DNA of 64,000 nucleotides, taken from positions 7,584,001-7,648,000 of the forward strand of contig OZ244999.1 of NCBI GenBank assembly GCA_965223265.1, read 5' to 3'. The first letter of the stretch is position 1. Each line of letters begins with the position of its first letter. The DNA is from Planctomycetota bacterium. GTDB taxonomy: Bacteria > Planctomycetota > UBA8108 > SXIK01. The position numbers and the translations under genes are program-made. Of the stretch, positions 1-12,322 are shown one piece after another. The notes below the pieces were generated by a model. The model worked only from the letters and a program-made list of their open reading frames with translations. It was not told where the DNA came from and searched no databases.

Positions 1-1304
1 GCCCTTCACGCCACCGCCTGCCAGCCAACAGGTAAATCCGCGCGGGTTGTGGTCGCGTCCTTTGGTGTTCTGCGACCAAGGCGTCCTGCCAAACTCTGTC
101 GCCCAGACGACGAGAGTGCGGTCCAGAAGCCCACGCTGCTTGAGGTCACGAATCAGCCCCGCGATCGGACGATCGGTCTGGCGGCAGAGCGGGGCCTGAT
201 CAGACACGTCGTTGTGTGTATCCCAACGCCCATTGCCGCCGCCGGCATGACAGATCTGCACGAAGCGAACCCCACGCTCAACGAGACGTCGCGCCAACAA
301 CAGCTGTCGTCCGAACTCATCCGTGGGTTCAGCATCGACGCCGTAGAGCGCTCGCACGGCCGGCGGCTCACTGGCGAGATCAACGGCTTCGGGCGCCGCC
401 AGCTGCATACGCGCTGCGAGCTCGTAACTACGAATGCGCGCCTTGATCTGGGCGTCGAGCTCATAGCGGCTTCGAAACTGCTCGTTGAGACGCTCGAGAA
501 CCTCCAAGTGCTGTGCCCGCTCCGCAGCGCTCACCGCGCGCGGTGGCAACAAGTTCGGAACTGGTCGATCGTTCGGCTGAAACGGCGTAGCGGCCTCACT
601 GGCGCCCAAAACGCCGCCCGAAATCTGCACCGGAGACGATGGCCGGCCGATGTTGACGAACACGGGAAGGTTCTCGTTGGCACTGCCGAGCGCATAGGAC
701 ACCCACGACCCGAGGCACGGGAAATCGAACGGCCGGCGGCTATGCCCCGTCGCCATTTCAATCGCCGCGGGAAAGTGATTCGACTGATGGCAGTACATCG
801 AACGCACGATCGCGATATCGTCGATCACCTCGCCGACGTGCGGGAACCAATCTGAGACTGGAATGCCGGCGCCGCCGTAGCGCGTGAAGGTGCGCAAACA
901 CGGGATCACTGGTCGACGCATCGGGGCGAGGTTGTCACCGAAGCCGATGGCGTCGTTGACCATCGTCCCAGCCCACTTGTTGTCCTTGGGATCGAAGGTG
1001 TCGATGTGGCTGACACCGCCGCACATGAACAAGAAGATCACGGAATCGACGTGCACAGGAAGCTTTGGAGCGAAGGCGCCGGATCGCGAAGGATTCGACG
1101 GTGGCGGCCCAGCAGGCGTCGAGGAATCGTCCGAGGCGTGGAGCGAGCGCAGACGTCCGTCGCGCTGGAGGAGATAACCCATCGCCGTGCCGACAAAACC
1201 CAGCCCGCACCGATGGAGGAGCTGACGCCGCGTGACTCGACCGCAGGGGAACGTCCTGCGACGACCTACGAGTCGCGGCGAGATCTCTCTGAGGTTTTCC
1301 CAAG

Positions 1305-1308
<4 letters not shown>
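1..1308 (-). CDS. DUF1501 domain protein (Tat-like signal), runs off the left edge
   Basis: Not in the ORF track; translated by hand from the ATG at 1308, which overlaps the upstream TGA (ATGA). Motifs TRRQLL, VIFLFMCGGVSHIDTFDPK, YELAARMQ, ARRLVERGVRFVQ, WATEFGRTP, GRDHNP match the other two DUF1501 genes here. Confidence 0.9.
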
Positions 1309-3509
<2,201 letters not shown>

Positions 3510-3696
3510 GGGGGATGTTTAGCCTGTTCGCCCTCGAAGCCGCGACCACGCAGCCGCAAGCTGGCGATTTTCCACCGCCAGCGTTGCCCGCGCAGTCTTG
3601 CGGAGAGACAATCTCTATGCAGGTCCGATTTTAGGTGACGGGAGAATCCAGTTCAACTCGAGCCGATCCAACAACTCGAGAATACGAGGGAAAACA

Positions 3697-5235
3697 ATGC
3701 CCCACACGCGAACACGGCGACAAGTCCTGCAGTCTGGCCTCGTCGGCAGCGCTGCACTTCTTGGGCTCAGCAAACTAGATTTTCTCAGCCGGTTGCCCGT
3801 CGTCGCAGCCCAAGATGCGGCCGACGCGCGCAAAATCGTTCGCTTCGCAGGCGACGTCGAACCACTCGTCAAACTCATCGAGGAAACCCCTCGCGACGCG
3901 CTTCTCGAGGCGATCGCAGCGCGCCTCAAGGCAGGTGCCAGCTACGAGCAGACTCTAGCGGCACTCTTTCTCGCGGGAATTCGCAATGTGCAGCCGCGGC
4001 CATCCGTGGGTTTCAAATTCCACAGCGTACTCGTCGTCAACTCGGCGCACATTGCCAGCCTCGCCGCGCCGCCGGCGGAGCGCTGGTTGCCAATCTTTTG
4101 GGCGCTTGACTACTTCAAACACGCGCAGGCGCAAGACGTCCGCGAGGGCAACTGGACGATGGAGCCGGTCAAGGAGTTCTTTTTACCACGGCCGCACCGA
4201 GCGAGGGCTGCACTTGCCAGTGCGATGGAACGCTGGGACGAGCATGGCGCCGATGCAGCTGCGGCGGCGATGGCTCGCACCGCCAGTGCGGGGGAGACGT
4301 ACGAGGTCTTCTGGCGCTATGGCATGCGCGACTTTCGCTCCATCGGGCACAAGGCCATCTACGTCGCCAACAGCTGGCGGACACTCCAGTCCATCGGCTG
4401 GCGCCATGGCGAGCCGGTAGTTCGCTCTCTCGCCTATGCACTTTTGAATCATGGTGACGAAGACAATCCGGCGCAATCCGACCACGCCGCTGACCGCCCG
4501 TGGCGACGCAGCGTACCCCTCGCCGCGAAGATCCGTGCGGATTGGCGCGACGGCAAGCCGTCCACGGCCGCGGCGAGTGAGCTCTTGCGAAGCGTTCGCG
4601 ACGCCTCCGACGAGGAGGCGAGCAATTTGGTGGCGACACTCCTGAATCGCGGCGTTGCGCCGGCATCGATCTGGGACGGACTCTTCGCTGGCGCCGGCGA
4701 GTTGCTCCTACGCCAAGCCGGCATCATCTCGCTGCATGCGGTGACGACAACCAACGCTCTCCATTACGCCTACCTCGCAAGTGCGAACGACGAAACACGT
4801 CGGTTGGCGATGTTGCAGGCGGCAGCTTTCTTGCCTCTGTTTCGTGATGCAATGCCGGCGCGCGGCCCCGTCGGCGAGGCGCGGATCGACACGCTTGAGG
4901 CGAGCCCCACGAACGCTAAGGGCAACGGACGCATCGGCGAGATTTTCGCGACCGCGACGACCGATCGCGGACGTGCGGTCGAGCAGGCGCTCGGCTATCT
5001 CGAAGATGGGCACAGCGCGCGGCAGCTCATGAGCGCAGCTCGCCTTCTCGTCTTCTTAAAAGGAGACGATGCGCACGATTACAAGTTCAGCTCGGCCGTG
5101 CTCGAGGACTTCTTCCATGTCTCGCCGCCGTGGCGCGAACGGCTACTGGCATCGAGTTTGGCGCTACTAAGAAGTTCCGGCGAGCCGGAGAATCCGCTAG
5201 CCGAGCGGGCCCGCGAGGCAATGCGAAATGTTTGA
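3697..5235 (+). CDS. Tat-exported helical protein with repeated His motifs, function unknown
   Basis: ATG at 3697 after GAGGG; TRRQVLQ twin-arginine signal; motifs FHSVLVVNSAH, GHKAIYVANSW, LHAVTTTNALHY, AHDYKFSSA. Confidence 0.75.
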   Translation: MPHTRTRRQVLQSGLVGSAALLGLSKLDFLSRLPVVAAQDAADARKIVRFAGDVEPLVKLIEETPRDALLEAIAARLKAGASYEQTLAALFLAGIRNVQPRPSVGFKFHSVLVVNSAHIASLAAPPAERWLPIFWALDYFKHAQAQDVREGNWTMEPVKEFFLPRPHRARAALASAMERWDEHGADAAAAAMARTASAGETYEVFWRYGMRDFRSIGHKAIYVANSWRTLQSIGWRHGEPVVRSLAYALLNHGDEDNPAQSDHAADRPWRRSVPLAAKIRADWRDGKPSTAAASELLRSVRDASDEEASNLVATLLNRGVAPASIWDGLFAGAGELLLRQAGIISLHAVTTTNALHYAYLASANDETRRLAMLQAAAFLPLFRDAMPARGPVGEARIDTLEASPTNAKGNGRIGEIFATATTDRGRAVEQALGYLEDGHSARQLMSAARLLVFLKGDDAHDYKFSSAVLEDFFHVSPPWRERLLASSLALLRSSGEPENPLAERAREAMRNV

Positions 5236-7534
5236 CGCCTGGGCGCGAAACAGTCGACGAAAAAGATCGAGGCTACGTCGCTCGCGGCAGTGGCCCGCGC
5301 TCGAGACGCTCGTCGTCGCGCTAGCGCTGCTGCCCGCCGCGTCTGCGGCCGATTTCATGCGCGGCGACGTTGACCGCGATGGCCGTATCAATCTCTCAGA
5401 TCCGGTGAACGTCATTCTCTCTCTGTTCACCGGCGCCTCACCTCTCGGCTGCGAGGACGCTGCCGACAGTAATGATGATGGCAAGCTCGACATCGCCGAT
5501 CCACTGCATCTCCTTGGCTACCTCTTTCGCCAAGGTGACGTCCCGGCCCCCGGCCCTGTCGTCCCCGGGCCTGACCCAACGTGCGACCAGCTCGGCTGCG
5601 CTGACGCGCCGCCTGCCTCCGGTGCGATCGTCATCAGCGAGATCCATTACCACCCGGAGCACGACTTCGAGCGCGAGTACATTGAGCTTCAAAACCGTAC
5701 TGCGTTCGACGTTGATCTATCAACCTACGCGCTCACGGCTGGGGTTCGGTTCGAGTTCCCACCGGGAACGATCGCCCCAGCCCACGGCTTCGTGGTGGTA
5801 GCGCGGCGGCCAGATCGCCACAGTGACCTCGTGCCTGCGGCCGCGGGTCCGTACACAGGCTTCTTGGCGAACGGTGGCGAGCGCGTGACGCTCATGGATG
5901 GCGTCTGTCGTGTCGAGAGCGTTCGCTACGATGATCGACCTCCGTGGCCCGTTGGCGCAGACGGCTACGGCCCGTCGCTGGAACGCGTCAGCGTCACGGC
6001 TCCCGCGGCTGACCCGCATAGCTGGCGCGCCGCGATCAGCGCTGAGCCGGGTCCCGTTCGACCGACGCCCGGCGCGCCGAACTCGACGGCGGGAACGCCG
6101 ACCCATCCTTTTGCCATCGCCTGGCGCCATGACCCACCGCACCCCCGTTCCACGGACGCGGTCAGCGTCGACGTTGAGCTCGACATCGCGGCCGCAGAGA
6201 TCGTCGGCGCCGAGCTGGTGTGGCAAACCTTTGGAGCGCAAGCATCGAGCGCGGCGAGAACGACGTTCGAGGTCACCTCGGCCGGGGGCACAGTCACCAC
6301 CCTCTCTGCACATCTGCCACCCCAGCCCTCGCAGACGCTCGTGCGCTGCGTCGTCGACCTCGAGCTCCAAAGCGGGAAACGCGTCCGCTTGCCGCACCTA
6401 GGCGAGCCTCGCCCCTTCAGCAGCTACTTCGTCTACGACCTCGACGTCGCCGCCACACTGCCACTGATCTGGCGCTTCTCGCTGGCTGAGACCGACCTGA
6501 CGCCGGCGGGGAAGCTCTATAGCGGCGTTTCGATCTGGGAAGTCGATGGTCCGCACGCTCAGCTCTTCGATGGCGCCAACGTCCGCCCCCGCATCGATGT
6601 AGCGACGAACGGCCACAAGATCCGCTTCGTCAAAGGCGAAGAGTACGCTGGCAACCGCATCTTCAACGTCTTCCCCGAAATCAACAGTGCCCTCGAACAC
6701 TTCGGTTTTACGACGTTCGAAATCGCCGGCGCATTGGCCCCGAGTGCACGGTGGTATCGATTCATCGAATTCAAGGCTGACGGCTTGGCGCACACGCACC
6801 ATCTCGTTCTGCAGCAGGTGAATGAGAATTTCCTCGCGCTGGCCGGGCTCAACGACGACGGCGATCTCTATAAGTTGACCGGTCGCGCCTCGAAGGTCAC
6901 CAACCTGGAAAGCGGCACCGCAGTGTGGGACGATCTCTTCCTCCGTCTGCGCTCACCGGATCCGGCGATCAAGCGGGCGGCGATTTCCGAGTTCGATCTC
7001 GCGAACGTGGGACTTTACTCGGCCGTGGAAGTTTTCATCGCCAACTGGGACGGATTTCACAACAATTTGTTTATCCACAGCGATCTCACTCCGCCCGGGA
7101 CTTCAGGTGGCTGGCGTGTCATTCCTTGGGACCTCGACAGCGCCTATCAACCCAGAAACTGGGACATGCCTCTCAGCTTTCCGCTCACGGGAAGACCTGA
7201 GACGACATCAAGCTTTCAGTTCACGCGCCCTCCCGGCACGGTCTCGAAGCCATTTCATCAGCAGCCGGACTTCGACGCCGCGTATCGTTCAAAGATGAAG
7301 TCACTCGTCGCGCCAGGCGGAAAGCTGAGCACCGAAGTGCTTCTTGCGCGCGCCGATGATCTCGAGGCGCTGGTGCTCGAAGACCTCGCGCTCTCCGAGG
7401 CGCAGCTCGGCGCCGAGCGTCCAGCGTGGCGATCACGGATCCGATCGACGTACGCATCACTGCGCACGTTCGTCTCCGATCGGGTCAGTTTCCTCCGTGG
7501 AGAACTCTCCGCTACCCCCGATGCCAACGAATGA
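5228..7534 (+). CDS. Secreted dockerin-like + lamin-tail domain + CotH-family kinase
   Basis: Signal peptide; FMRGDVDRDGRINLSD...CEDAADSNDDGKLDIAD; LTD motif IVISEIHYHP...EYIELQN; CotH motifs GDLYK, NWDGFHNN, IPWDLD. Confidence 0.85.
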   Translation: MFDAWARNSRRKRSRLRRSRQWPALETLVVALALLPAASAADFMRGDVDRDGRINLSDPVNVILSLFTGASPLGCEDAADSNDDGKLDIADPLHLLGYLFRQGDVPAPGPVVPGPDPTCDQLGCADAPPASGAIVISEIHYHPEHDFEREYIELQNRTAFDVDLSTYALTAGVRFEFPPGTIAPAHGFVVVARRPDRHSDLVPAAAGPYTGFLANGGERVTLMDGVCRVESVRYDDRPPWPVGADGYGPSLERVSVTAPAADPHSWRAAISAEPGPVRPTPGAPNSTAGTPTHPFAIAWRHDPPHPRSTDAVSVDVELDIAAAEIVGAELVWQTFGAQASSAARTTFEVTSAGGTVTTLSAHLPPQPSQTLVRCVVDLELQSGKRVRLPHLGEPRPFSSYFVYDLDVAATLPLIWRFSLAETDLTPAGKLYSGVSIWEVDGPHAQLFDGANVRPRIDVATNGHKIRFVKGEEYAGNRIFNVFPEINSALEHFGFTTFEIAGALAPSARWYRFIEFKADGLAHTHHLVLQQVNENFLALAGLNDDGDLYKLTGRASKVTNLESGTAVWDDLFLRLRSPDPAIKRAAISEFDLANVGLYSAVEVFIANWDGFHNNLFIHSDLTPPGTSGGWRVIPWDLDSAYQPRNWDMPLSFPLTGRPETTSSFQFTRPPGTVSKPFHQQPDFDAAYRSKMKSLVAPGGKLSTEVLLARADDLEALVLEDLALSEAQLGAERPAWRSRIRSTYASLRTFVSDRVSFLRGELSATPDANE

Positions 7535-9052
7535 ATGACGATGACAAACGTTCTGCGGTTTAGCCGCATCTCCTTCCTGGTTTGCAGCACTCTCTTGTCG
7601 TTTCAGTTCTCCTGCGCTCAGCGAATCGTTACCGACGGTTCACCGGGCAGCGAAGTCAAGGAAGCACTTTTGACGCACTCACCACCCCGCCAGATCACGT
7701 TCGATCCATGGAACCATGAGCTCGACAACAACGACAACTTCTCACCGGATGATCGCTTCCTCTGCTACGACACGCGGCCCGGAGAGGGATCCATCGGAGC
7801 GTGTCGGACAATCGAGAAGGTCGAGATCGCGACCGGCGGGGTGACCGTACTCTATCGTGCACCCCATCCAGTGCCGGACCAAGGTCCGGGACTCGGCGCT
7901 GTCTCGTACCACCCGCACGATGACCGCGTCATCTTCATCCACGGTCCGTACACAACGACGGGCTTCAACTACGATCAAGCGCATCGCTTTGGTGTCAGTG
8001 TCTCCGGCAGTGGCGAGGGAGCCGCCGAGTTCGCCGACGCGCGCGACGTCACGCCGCCATTCACGCCTGGCGCACTGCGCGGCGGCACGCATCGCCACGA
8101 GTTCGACGGCAGCGGCCAGTGGGTCGGCTTCACCTACAATGACAGCATCATGAAGGCGCGAGGAATCGACCTGCGCACGATCGGCGTCACGCGCCTCAAG
8201 CGTCCCGTGCGCGTCGATGCCGATCCGAGAAACGCCAGTGGCACCGGTTTCTCCGCGCTCGTCGTCGAAGTGGTGCGAGACCCAAAGCCAGGCAGCGACG
8301 AGATCTCGCGCGCCTACGGTGACAGCTGGGTCGGAGTCTCGGGGTATGCGAAAGGTGACGGCAAGCGCCAGCTCGCTCGCGGCTTCATCGGCAAAACGCG
8401 CGACGCGGCTGGCGGGGACGTGGACGAAGTGTATGTCGTTGACATACCGTCTGATATCTCCCGTCCAGGGCGCGTGGGCCCTCTGGAAGGGACCGAGGAA
8501 TCATTTCCCGCGCCGTGCGCAGGTGCGTCGCAGCGACGCCTGACCTGGACGAGCCAGCGAAAGTACCCGGGCTGCATCGGCATCGTCCGCTCGAGTCCCG
8601 ACGGCGAGTGGTTAGCATTTCTCGCCAAAGTGAACGAGGGCGAACTTGAGGGTACCCAACAGATCTACCTCGTGTCGCCGAGACCTGCACGGCCGGAGTC
8701 GAGCGGCGACGGTAATGCAGACAGGAACGCCCACACGATGAGAAGACTATCCAATTGGCCCGACGGAATCTCGGAGGGCATCCGCTGGCATCCGTCCGGG
8801 CGCACGATCGTTGCTACCGATTCCTCGGGTCGCCTGCTCGCGATCTCGGCGGCGACGGGGGAAGAGTTTGGTAGAGCGCGTGTGATTCTCGAAGCGGGGG
8901 ACTCGCCGCCGTTCGCGCATGTCATCTCGCGCCGCGGCGACTTGATCGCGTACAACAGAAAGGTGAAAAGCGACGCGGGAGTCTATACACAGATCTTCGT
9001 CGTCGGTTATTCTGCCGAGCCGAATGCATCGGCTGGCGGGACAGACTCTTGA
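7535..9052 (+). CDS. DUF3748/YidR-like beta-propeller protein
   Basis: HELDNNDNFSPDDRFLCYDTR and TPPFTPGALRGGTHRHEF...FTYND resemble YidR-family motifs; possible lipoprotein signal (FSC). Confidence 0.8.
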   Translation: MTMTNVLRFSRISFLVCSTLLSFQFSCAQRIVTDGSPGSEVKEALLTHSPPRQITFDPWNHELDNNDNFSPDDRFLCYDTRPGEGSIGACRTIEKVEIATGGVTVLYRAPHPVPDQGPGLGAVSYHPHDDRVIFIHGPYTTTGFNYDQAHRFGVSVSGSGEGAAEFADARDVTPPFTPGALRGGTHRHEFDGSGQWVGFTYNDSIMKARGIDLRTIGVTRLKRPVRVDADPRNASGTGFSALVVEVVRDPKPGSDEISRAYGDSWVGVSGYAKGDGKRQLARGFIGKTRDAAGGDVDEVYVVDIPSDISRPGRVGPLEGTEESFPAPCAGASQRRLTWTSQRKYPGCIGIVRSSPDGEWLAFLAKVNEGELEGTQQIYLVSPRPARPESSGDGNADRNAHTMRRLSNWPDGISEGIRWHPSGRTIVATDSSGRLLAISAATGEEFGRARVILEAGDSPPFAHVISRRGDLIAYNRKVKSDAGVYTQIFVVGYSAEPNASAGGTDS

Positions 9053-9105
9053 CGAAGCGTGACCATAGGGCGCGCGCTCGTTTGTCGTAAACCGCGGTGA
9101 AGACC

Positions 9106-9645
9106 ATGACAACCTATCCTCAAACGTGGACCTGCGCAGACTGCGACGAGACCATCGAGCGACAGATCGACGAGCTCGATGCGGCGTTTGATCAAACGCG
9201 CGAGTGGAACCCGAAGTGCCCGCAATGCGGCTGCGACCGCTTCAGTGCGATGACCTGTCAAACACCGAAGCTCAGTCGCACACAGCTCGAGAAGTGGCGC
9301 GGCGACGATCAGCTCACGTTTTGCGAACAGGACGAAGATATCATTCTCGCCGAGAAGGAGAATCTCGGCCTCCTCGTCGAGTTCGTCGATGACCACCAAA
9401 CACCGGACGCCAAACGCTGGACCCTTCTCTCTGCGCTTTGCGTTCTCCTTTACGACCATTCGCCCGCAAGCAGCGAAGACGAGGAATCCTCTGACGCCAA
9501 AGCCGATGCGGCCTTCGCGCGTCGCGTCCAAGACGTTCTCAGTGATCGCCGCGAGCTGGTGACGCAGCTCGAACGAGAGGCATTTCTCGACGATTACGTA
9601 AAAAGAATCGTGTTCCCGGCGATCGGCCTGCCAGTCTCCATGTAG
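9106..9645 (+). CDS. Hypothetical protein with N-terminal Zn-ribbon
   Basis: CADC...CPQC pair followed by an acidic helical region; sits in the run of + strand genes. Confidence 0.65.
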   Translation: MTTYPQTWTCADCDETIERQIDELDAAFDQTREWNPKCPQCGCDRFSAMTCQTPKLSRTQLEKWRGDDQLTFCEQDEDIILAEKENLGLLVEFVDDHQTPDAKRWTLLSALCVLLYDHSPASSEDEESSDAKADAAFARRVQDVLSDRRELVTQLEREAFLDDYVKRIVFPAIGLPVSM

Positions 9646-9674
9646 GAAAGCGAACCAAACCCAAGAACCTCCAT

Positions 9675-10790
9675 ATGGCCTCTAGCAGCTCGCCTATCGC
9701 AATCGCCATCATTGGTGCAGGTGGCGTCAGTGACTACCATCATGTGCCTGGAATCCGCCTCGACCCTCGCGCCGAGCTCGTCGCCGTTTGTGATGCCAAC
9801 ACAGAACTACTCGCACAGCGACGTGAGGAATGGGGTGTTGCACGCACCACCACCAAGGTCGATGAGCTTCTCGCCTGGGACGACGTCGACGCGGTGATCA
9901 TCGCGACGCCCAACAGCCTCCATCACCCGCAGGCGATCGCCGCCGCGAAGGCTGGTAAGCACATCATGTGCGAGAAACCTTTGGGCCTGAGCGCTGCCCA
10001 AGTCGAGGAGATGTACCGCGCGGCGCAGTCGCACAGCGTCGTGCATATGACGGCGTTCACCTACCGATTCGCGCCGTCGATGCGATACATGAAACATCTC
10101 CTGCGACGCGGCGACCTTGGCGAACCTCGCCACTTTCGCAGCCAACGTTTTCTCGACTTGCCGGAGACCAGCTGGGGTTGGCGACAGTACAAAGCCGAAG
10201 CGGGAGCGGGAGATCTCTTCGACATGACGATCCACCGCCTTGACTTCGCCGTCGATCTGCTCGGCCCGCTCGCTCGGGTCACGGGAGCGGTCGCAGGGTA
10301 CGCGAAGCGCGACCGCACGGCGGACGGTCGCCCTTGCCCGCCGTCGGAGGTCGACGATTGGTCGTCTCTCATCGGTGAGTTCGACTGTGGTGCCTTCGGC
10401 GTCTGGGAAGGAACCACACTCGCGAAAGGATACGAGCGCGGCGGCTTTGGCCACGAGTGGGCCGAGGTAAACGGTTCGGAAGGCTCCGCCGTCTACCGCC
10501 TGCACGAACCCAACGTGATTTTGCTCGGCAAGTCGGGTTCAGATTTGGCCCCGGTGACGGTTCCGGATGAGTTTCTTAAGCCGAAGTCGAGCCCGCGGGA
10601 CCCTTCGGCGGGAGAACCTGCGACCGTCTTCCGTTACGATCTCGTTTGGGAGTTCGTCTCGGCAATCGTCGAAGGGCGCGCGGCCGAACCGAGTTTCTAC
10701 GACGGGCTCGCGGCCCAGGTGGTGGCCGATCGTGTCTTAGAATCGTTCGAGAGACGAACGTGGCTCGACGTCGACCTACCACCAAGATAA
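9675..10790 (+). CDS. Gfo/Idh/MocA family oxidoreductase
   Basis: IAIIGAG Rossmann start, IATPNSLH, KHIMCEKP, GDLFDMTIH. Confidence 0.93.
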   Translation: MASSSSPIAIAIIGAGGVSDYHHVPGIRLDPRAELVAVCDANTELLAQRREEWGVARTTTKVDELLAWDDVDAVIIATPNSLHHPQAIAAAKAGKHIMCEKPLGLSAAQVEEMYRAAQSHSVVHMTAFTYRFAPSMRYMKHLLRRGDLGEPRHFRSQRFLDLPETSWGWRQYKAEAGAGDLFDMTIHRLDFAVDLLGPLARVTGAVAGYAKRDRTADGRPCPPSEVDDWSSLIGEFDCGAFGVWEGTTLAKGYERGGFGHEWAEVNGSEGSAVYRLHEPNVILLGKSGSDLAPVTVPDEFLKPKSSPRDPSAGEPATVFRYDLVWEFVSAIVEGRAAEPSFYDGLAAQVVADRVLESFERRTWLDVDLPPR

Positions 10791-10843
10791 GTCGCCGCTG
10801 GTTTGCCAACAAACAGCGCATCGATCAAGACGAGGATCCTCTC

Positions 10844-12079
10844 ATGCCTTCTACTTTGTCGCAGCTATGCGTCGCGGGTACCTTTCTCGTCGGCGCCTTG
10901 CTATACAACCTTGCCAGTGTCAGCGCGACTGACTGGGATCAATGGCACGGTCCGAACCGCGACCTCGTGTCGACGGAAAGCGGTTGGCGAACGAACTGGA
11001 AGGAAAAGCCGCCCGCTGTGGCCTGGCGCGCGCAGGTCGGGGTCGGCTTCAGCAGCTTGGCCGTCAGCGCGGGGCGCGTCTACACGCTCGGACACAAGCG
11101 TGGCAAGGAAACGATGTACTGTTTCGATGCTGCGAACGGTCGCGAGGTGTGGAAGCACAGCTACAAGTGCAAGTTGATCGACTATCTGCACGAGGGTGGG
11201 CCTGGAGCGACGCCAACCGTCGACGGCGACCACGTCTACAGCGTCAGCAACGAAGGTGAAATCTACTGCTTCGACAAAGCCAAGGGTGACGTCGTTTGGC
11301 GGACAGACCTGCGGCGAGCCGTCGGCGCGAAAGTCCCCGACTGGGGTTTCTCATCTTCGCCTCTGATCCTCGGGGATCGACTCATAGTCGATGCAGGCCC
11401 GCTCGTGGCGATCGACAAGACGTCAGGAGACGTGACCTGGCAGACGAAAGCGTACGTCTGCGGTTACGGCTCACCCGTGGCGCTCAAGGTCGGGAACACG
11501 GAGCACGTCGCAGTGCTGAACAACACGGCGCTGATTCTGGCACGCGCCAACGACGGACGCGTCATGGATGAGTACAAGTGGAAGACGAGCTACAACACGA
11601 GTGCTTCGTCGCCAAGAGTTGCGGAGAATACGCTGTTCATCTCTACAGGCTACGATCAAGGCTGCGCGCTCCTCAAAGTCACGCCCAAGGCGAAGCTGCG
11701 ACAGGTCTACCGCAATAAGCGCATGCGCAACCACATGAATAGCAGTGTCTACTACGAGGATCACTTCTATGGCTTTGACGGGAACTCTTCGAGCGACCGC
11801 ACTGTGACGCTCAAGTGCATGGATCGGCAAAGCGGCAAGGTGCGCTGGACGCAGCGCGGACTCGGCTGCGGCTCACTGATGATCGCGGCGGGTAAGCTCG
11901 TCATCTTGAGCAGCCAAGGTGAACTGGTGATCGCCAACGCGACACCGAAGAAATATGAAGAGATTGCGCGCACACGAGCGCTCAAGGGACGGTGCTGGAC
12001 GGTGCCGGTCCTCTCGAACGGCCGCATCTACTGCCGCAACACACCAGGCGAGGTCGTCTGCCTCGACGTCCGCGAGTAG
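10844..12079 (+). CDS. PQQ-binding-like beta-propeller repeat protein (secreted)
   Basis: Signal peptide from ATG 10844; DWDQWHGPNRD, CFDAANGREVW, ATPTVDG, WTVPVLSNGRIYCRN. Confidence 0.9.
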   Translation: MPSTLSQLCVAGTFLVGALLYNLASVSATDWDQWHGPNRDLVSTESGWRTNWKEKPPAVAWRAQVGVGFSSLAVSAGRVYTLGHKRGKETMYCFDAANGREVWKHSYKCKLIDYLHEGGPGATPTVDGDHVYSVSNEGEIYCFDKAKGDVVWRTDLRRAVGAKVPDWGFSSSPLILGDRLIVDAGPLVAIDKTSGDVTWQTKAYVCGYGSPVALKVGNTEHVAVLNNTALILARANDGRVMDEYKWKTSYNTSASSPRVAENTLFISTGYDQGCALLKVTPKAKLRQVYRNKRMRNHMNSSVYYEDHFYGFDGNSSSDRTVTLKCMDRQSGKVRWTQRGLGCGSLMIAAGKLVILSSQGELVIANATPKKYEEIARTRALKGRCWTVPVLSNGRIYCRNTPGEVVCLDVRE

Positions 12080-12174
12080 TTGGCTGCCAACGGAATGAGC
12101 AGTACCAGAGCTCTCCGCATGCATCTCTGCCTCTGGCTCCGTGGGCGCGCAAGTGTGCATGCTCCGCCCAAGCC

Positions 12175-12276
12175 TCCGTCTCTGTCTCCGTCTCTGTCTC
12201 CGTCTCTGTCTCCGTCTCTGTCTCCGTCTCTGTCTCCGTCTCTGTCTCCGTCTCTGGCTCTGGCTCCGCCTCTGTC
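12175..12276. repeat. 12-bp minisatellite (TCCGTCTCTGTC)x6 plus degenerate hexamers
   Basis: Six perfect units at 12175-12246, then TCCGTC TCTGGC TCTGGC TCCGCC TCTGTC; intergenic. Confidence 0.95.
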
Positions 12277-12322
12277 TGCGCCACTCAAGTTTCAACCTGT
12301 CGTCTTCAGACGTTGAGAGGTC

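Noticed and set aside
49-855. Long antisense ORFs (also 23286-24308, 25231-26070, 33872-35029, 44867-45748, 57594-58598)
   Set aside because: Shadow frames of motif-supported genes, expected in high-GC DNA.
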